DNA of 56,468 nt from Bilabrum cf. latius (taxonomy: Eukaryota): the NCBI GenBank assembly GCA_965178125.1, contig OZ237750.1:1116001-1172468 (forward strand). Direction: 5' to 3'. Below the pieces are notes generated by a model. The model was not told where the DNA came from. It saw nothing but the letters and a program-made list of their open reading frames with translations, and ran no database searches. Below are positions 51,601 to 56,468 of the stretch, in pieces. Within the stretch, counting starts at the first letter, position 1; each line of letters opens with the position of its first letter. A program made the position numbers and the translations under genes.

Positions 51601-51704
51601 TACTTCGTGGTCCTGCGCTTTGACTTATCCACCAGTCCGCTATAAGATTTAACACTAGCTTCGGAACTACCTCCGGTCGTGGGATCGACCAATCCTGCGG
51701 GCAT
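48624..51704 (-). CDS. MCM10: DNA replication factor MCM10
   Basis: OB fold (VLFGCVANRSQPRQSKRGNPYFVLTLTDF..VALFAFDQA) and CCCH finger (DFGRCTAK..CGRAVN..CPEH). The C-terminal Zn domain W*CKQC..PEVC...GH...YCSRC...KCRCG joins them only if TAG is read through; ends TGA. Confidence 0.85.
49162..49289. repeat. 63-bp tandem duplication within MCM10 (encodes PKSTAGEPKRSAGAAGI.KPA twice)
   Basis: GGGTGCCGGCTTGC.TATCCCAGCCGCTCCAGCAGAGCGCTTCGGTTCACCAGCAGTGCTCTT occurs twice in tandem. Confidence 0.9.
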
Positions 51705-52376
51705 GGAAAGGAAATCGTTGTAGAACTTGCAAATTTTGAATTGGTGGCAGATGCAGGAGCCTACTCAATGTTGGAAATGGCACTTGATCTGACTTACCCA
51801 GCAAGTGTTCCATTAGATTACTCTCATCATTGTCTGCCATGCTGATGGCGTACCTTGGCAGAATGATACGGACTGCAATCTGATTTTGCGCACCAGTCGA
51901 TAATTGAGAGTGAGGAGCAATGCACTCGCTGGATTTGCTCGCTGTGACTCAGGAGGCCGCGCAGGGAACAGCATGCATTTGACAGGCTACTCGGGGCGGC
52001 GGGAAAATGATCTTGTGCGGTAGATGGTGCACCAACCGGGGGGAAATGGGCGCTGAGTAAAGCCTGTGGGTATTGTATGACGCGAATCGCAACTGCTTCT
52101 CCCGTGCTTCCCGCAGATCCAAGACAGCTGCACACACATAGCTGCCATCAACACAGCTCCTCCCACACTATCGTCACCTGTGCTGGTATCGTCCTTGTTC
52201 CTCCCCGTCGCTTCAATCTTGATGTTTCCCTGTTGATGTCCAATGACTACAAGCCAGGATCTACCGTGCGGCACACAGCTCTGTCCCGGTGTGACCTTGT
52301 CTACAAACAAGCATGAAGTTCACAGATGAATTAACAGTTGATGGCAATATCACCACCACCCTCCCTTACAGCATCC

Positions 52377-52891
52377 CCCCACCACGCCGGTGCAACCTGC
52401 CCCATCCCCACCGTCCATCCGCCGCCCCCACAACCCATCGCCCCACCACGCCGGTGCAACCTGCCCCATCCCCACCGTCCATCCGCCGCCCCCACAACCC
52501 ATCGCCCCACCACGCCGGTGCAACCTGCCCCATCCCCACCGTCCATCCGCCGCCCCCACAACCCATCGCCCCACCACGCCGGTGCAACCTGCCCCATCCC
52601 CACCGTCCAACCGCCGCCCCCACAACCCATCGCCCCACCACGCCGGTGCAACCTGCCCCATCCCCACCGTCCATCCGCCGCCCCCACAACCCATCGCCCC
52701 ACCACGCCGGTGCAACCTGCCCCATCCCCACCGTCCATCCGCCGCCCCCACAACCCATCGCCCCACCACGCCGGTGCAACCTGCCCCATCCCCACCGTCC
52801 ATCCGCCGCCCCCACAACCCATCGCCCCACCACGCCGGTGCAACCTGCCCCATCCCCACCGTCCATCCGCCGCCCCCACAACCCATCGCCC
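52377..52891. repeat. Subtelomeric 64-bp minisatellite, 8 copies, C-rich on the + strand
   Basis: Unit CCCCACCACGCCGGTGCAACCTGCCCCATCCCCACCGTCCATCCGCCGCCCCCACAACCCATCG at 64-bp spacing. One substitution seen (52610). Confidence 0.97.
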
Positions 52892-53327
52892 TTAGGGTTA
52901 GGGTTAGGGTTTAGGGTTTATTAGGTTAGGGTTTTTAGGTTTTAGGTTTTTTTTTTTTTTTTTTTTTTTAGGGTTAGGGTTAGGGTTAGGGTTAGGGTTA
53001 GGGTTAGGGTTAGGGTTAGGGTTAGGGTTAGGGTTAGGGTTAGGGTTAGGGTTAGGGTTAGGGTTAGGGTTAGGGTTAGGGTTAGGGTTAGGGTTAGGGT
53101 TAGGGTTAGGGTTAGGGTTAGGGTTAGGGTTAGGGTTAGGGTTAGGGTTAGGGTTAGGGTTAGGGTTAGGGTTAGGGTTAGGGTTAGGGTTAGGGTTAGG
53201 GTTAGGGTTAGGGTTAGGGTTAGGGTTAGGGTTAGGGTTAGGGTTAGGGTTAGGGTTAGGGTTAGGGTTAGGGTTAGGGTTAGGGTTAGGGTTAGGGTTA
53301 GGGTTAGGGTTAGGGTTAGGGTTAGGG
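52892..53327 (+). repeat. Telomeric (TTAGGG)n tract 1 with a degenerate T-rich proximal portion
   Basis: Directly visible. Variants TTTAGGG, TTTTTAGG and a poly-T run occur at about 52910-52970. Confidence 0.97.
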
Positions 53328-54440
53328 TATCTAATATAAAGTCAGGGACAGGGTCGGGGAAAAAATATTTTCATCTTCGAATTTTGACAAAATCCTGCGG
53401 GATACGATCTCGGCAACTACAGGAGATATGAAGACCGTTCAAATTGCATTGGGACGGCCTAGGGCCACAACATGGGGCAAATGTTCCCCAGGTTCCGTTT
53501 TTGACGCGCGGCGCCAATATTGGGCCTTGAAGATTTTCATGCTGAAATCCTGCGGGATACGATCTCGGCAACTACAGGAGATATGAAGACCGTTCAAATT
53601 GCATTGGGACGGCCTAGGGCCACAACATGGGGCAAATGTTCCCCAGGTTCCGTTTTTGACGCGCGGCGCCAATATTGGGCCTTGAAGATTTTCATGCTGA
53701 AATCCTGCGGGATACGATCTCGGCAACTACAGGAGATATGAAGACCGTTCAAATTGCATTGGGACGGCCTAGGGCCACAACATGGGGCAAATGTTCCCCA
53801 GGTTCCGTTTTTGACGCGCGGCGCCAATATTGGGCCTTGAAGATTTTCATGCTGAAATCCTGCGGGATACGATCTCGGCAACTACAGGAGATATGAAGAC
53901 CGTTCAAATTGCATTGGGACGGCCTAGGGCCACAACATGGGGCAAATGTTCCCCAGGTTCCGTTTTTGACGCGCGGCGCCAATATTGGGCCTTGAAGATT
54001 TTCATGCTGAAATCCTGCGGGATACGATCTCGGCAACTACAGGAGATATGAAGACCGTTCAAATTGCATTGGGACGGCCTAGGGCCACAACATGGGGCAA
54101 ATGTTCCCCAGGTTCCGTTTTTGACGCGCGGCGCCAATATTGGGCCTTGAAGATTTTCATGCTGAAATCCTGCGGGATACGATCTCGGCAACTACAGGAG
54201 ATATGAAGACCGTTCAAATTGCATTGGGACGGCCTAGGGCCACAACATGGGGCAAATGTTCCCCAGGTTCCGTTTTTGACGCGCGGCGCCAATATTGGGC
54301 CTTGAAGATTTTCATGCTGAAATCCTGCGGGATACGATCTCGGCAACTACAGGAGATATGAAGACCGTTCAAATTGCATTGGGACGGCCTAGGGCCACAA
54401 CATGGGGCAAATGTTCCCCAGGTTCCGTTTTTGACGCGCG
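53328..54440. repeat. Telomere-embedded cassette copy 1: 62-bp head plus 6 full and 1 partial 155-bp satellite monomers
   Basis: Head TATCTAATATAAAGTCAGGG...; monomers start AAATCCTGCGGGATACG at 53390, 53545 and so on to 54320, truncated at TTTTGACGCGCG. Confidence 0.97.
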
Positions 54441-54768
54441 TTAGGGTAGGGTAGGGTTAGGGTTAGGGTTAGGGTTAGGGTTAGGGTTAGGGTTAGGGTT
54501 AGGGTTAGGGTTAGGGTTAGGGTTAGGGTTAGGGTTAGGGTTAGGGTTAGGGTTAGGGTTAGGGTTAGGGTTAGGGTTAGGGTTAGGGTTAGGGTTAGGG
54601 TTAGGGTTAGGGTTAGGGTTAGGGTTAGGGTTAGGGTTAGGGTTAGGGTTAGGGTTAGGGTTAGGGTTAGGGTTAGGGTTAGGGTTAGGGTTAGGGTTAG
54701 GGTTAGGGTTAGGGTTAGGGTTAGGGTTAGGGTTAGGGTTAGGGTTAGGGTTAGGGTTAGGGTTAGGG
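54441..54768 (+). repeat. Telomeric (TTAGGG)n tract 2 (interstitial, 328 bp)
   Basis: Begins TTAGGGTAGGGTAGGG, then perfect TTAGGG. Confidence 0.97.
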
Positions 54769-55881
54769 TATCTAATATAAAGTCAGGGACAGGGTCGGGG
54801 AAAAAATATTTTCATCTTCGAATTTTGACAAAATCCTGCGGGATACGATCTCGGCAACTACAGGAGATATGAAGACCGTTCAAATTGCATTGGGACGGCC
54901 TAGGGCCACAACATGGGGCAAATGTTCCCCAGGTTCCGTTTTTGACGCGCGGCGCCAATATTGGGCCTTGAAGATTTTCATGCTGAAATCCTGCGGGATA
55001 CGATCTCGGCAACTACAGGAGATATGAAGACCGTTCAAATTGCATTGGGACGGCCTAGGGCCACAACATGGGGCAAATGTTCCCCAGGTTCCGTTTTTGA
55101 CGCGCGGCGCCAATATTGGGCCTTGAAGATTTTCATGCTGAAATCCTGCGGGATACGATCTCGGCAACTACAGGAGATATGAAGACCGTTCAAATTGCAT
55201 TGGGACGGCCTAGGGCCACAACATGGGGCAAATGTTCCCCAGGTTCCGTTTTTGACGCGCGGCGCCAATATTGGGCCTTGAAGATTTTCATGCTGAAATC
55301 CTGCGGGATACGATCTCGGCAACTACAGGAGATATGAAGACCGTTCAAATTGCATTGGGACGGCCTAGGGCCACAACATGGGGCAAATGTTCCCCAGGTT
55401 CCGTTTTTGACGCGCGGCGCCAATATTGGGCCTTGAAGATTTTCATGCTGAAATCCTGCGGGATACGATCTCGGCAACTACAGGAGATATGAAGACCGTT
55501 CAAATTGCATTGGGACGGCCTAGGGCCACAACATGGGGCAAATGTTCCCCAGGTTCCGTTTTTGACGCGCGGCGCCAATATTGGGCCTTGAAGATTTTCA
55601 TGCTGAAATCCTGCGGGATACGATCTCGGCAACTACAGGAGATATGAAGACCGTTCAAATTGCATTGGGACGGCCTAGGGCCACAACATGGGGCAAATGT
55701 TCCCCAGGTTCCGTTTTTGACGCGCGGCGCCAATATTGGGCCTTGAAGATTTTCATGCTGAAATCCTGCGGGATACGATCTCGGCAACTACAGGAGATAT
55801 GAAGACCGTTCAAATTGCATTGGGACGGCCTAGGGCCACAACATGGGGCAAATGTTCCCCAGGTTCCGTTTTTGACGCGCG
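54769..55881. repeat. Telomere-embedded cassette copy 2 (apparently identical to copy 1, offset 1441 bp)
   Basis: Same head, monomer number, truncation point and flanks as copy 1. The ORF track repeats at exactly +1441. Confidence 0.97.
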
Positions 55882-56468
55882 TTAGGGTAGGGTAGGGTTA
55901 GGGTTAGGGTTAGGGTTAGGGTTAGGGTTAGGGTTAGGGTTAGGGTTAGGGTTAGGGTTAGGGTTAGGGTTAGGGTTAGGGTTAGGGTTAGGGTTAGGGT
56001 TAGGGTTAGGGTTAGGGTTAGGGTTAGGGTTAGGGTTAGGGTTAGGGTTAGGGTTAGGGTTAGGGTTAGGGTTAGGGTTAGGGTTAGGGTTAGGGTTAGG
56101 GTTAGGGTTAGGGTTAGGGTTAGGGTTAGGGTTAGGGTTAGGGTTAGGGTTAGGGTTAGGGTTAGGGTTAGGGTTAGGGTTAGGGTTAGGGTTAGGGTTA
56201 GGGTTAGGGTTAGGGTTAGGGTTAGGGTTAGGGTTAGGGTTAGGGTTAGGGTTAGGGTTAGGGTTAGGGTTAGGGTTAGGGTTAGGGTTAGGGTTAGGGT
56301 TAGGGTTAGGGTTAGGGTTAGGGTTAGGGTTAGGGTTAGGGTTAGGGTTAGGGTTAGGGTTAGGGTTAGGGTTAGGGTTAGGGTTAGGGTTAGGGTTAGG
56401 GTTAGGGTTAGGGTTAGGGTTAGGGTTAGGGTTAGGGTTAGGGTTAGGGTTTGGGTTGGGTTAGGGTT
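55882..56468 (+). repeat. Terminal telomere (TTAGGG)n
   Basis: G-rich strand runs 5'->3' to the end of the sequence and again begins TTAGGGTAGGGTAGGG. Confidence 0.98.

Noticed and set aside
4286-51704. Mass pseudogenisation or frameshift errors explaining the fragmented ORFs
   Set aside because: The breaks are exclusively in-frame TAG, without frameshifts, in essential genes whose motifs are intact.
51790-52316. Short ORFs between MCM10 and the minisatellite
   Set aside because: No recognisable motif even with TAG read-through. Probably the MCM10 promoter or spacer.
52313-52924. Pro-rich and Gly/Trp-rich ORFs in all six frames
   Set aside because: They are translations of the stop-free 64-bp minisatellite.
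53390-55881. CRISPR array, or repeated 95-aa and 73-aa ORFs in the 155-bp repeats
   Set aside because: There are no unique spacers and no cas genes. The ORFs are by-products of a 155-bp (non-triplet) tandem repeat.

Overview
This window is the gene-dense right end of a chromosome from a GC-rich microbial eukaryote (protist-like, with short GT-AG introns). It holds about 21 protein-coding genes. Recognisable ones are NCBP3-like, TMC-like, RBM8A, VPS15, PTEN, a Nudix hydrolase, a FUBP-like KH protein, SmB, COX6A, UVRAG/VPS38, a GT32 glycosyltransferase, PCD, AP-4 mu, DBR1, a SEL1-repeat protein, a TBCC/EF-hand protein and MCM10. After them come a 64-bp minisatellite and a TTAGGG telomere. The main result is a non-standard nuclear genetic code. 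The supplied ORFs are fragments that end at in-frame TAG and resume in the same frame, whereas true gene ends are TGA or, rarely, TAA. TAG aligns with conserved Gln in VPS15 and AP-4 mu, so UAG is a sense codon, most likely Gln, while UAA apparently remains a stop. The second result is that the telomere is interrupted by two identical 1113-bp cassettes, each a 62-bp head plus about 6.8 copies of a 155-bp satellite, with identical junctions. Gene coordinates below assume TAG read-through. Introns were inferred by eye, and homology calls come from remembered motifs, not database searches.
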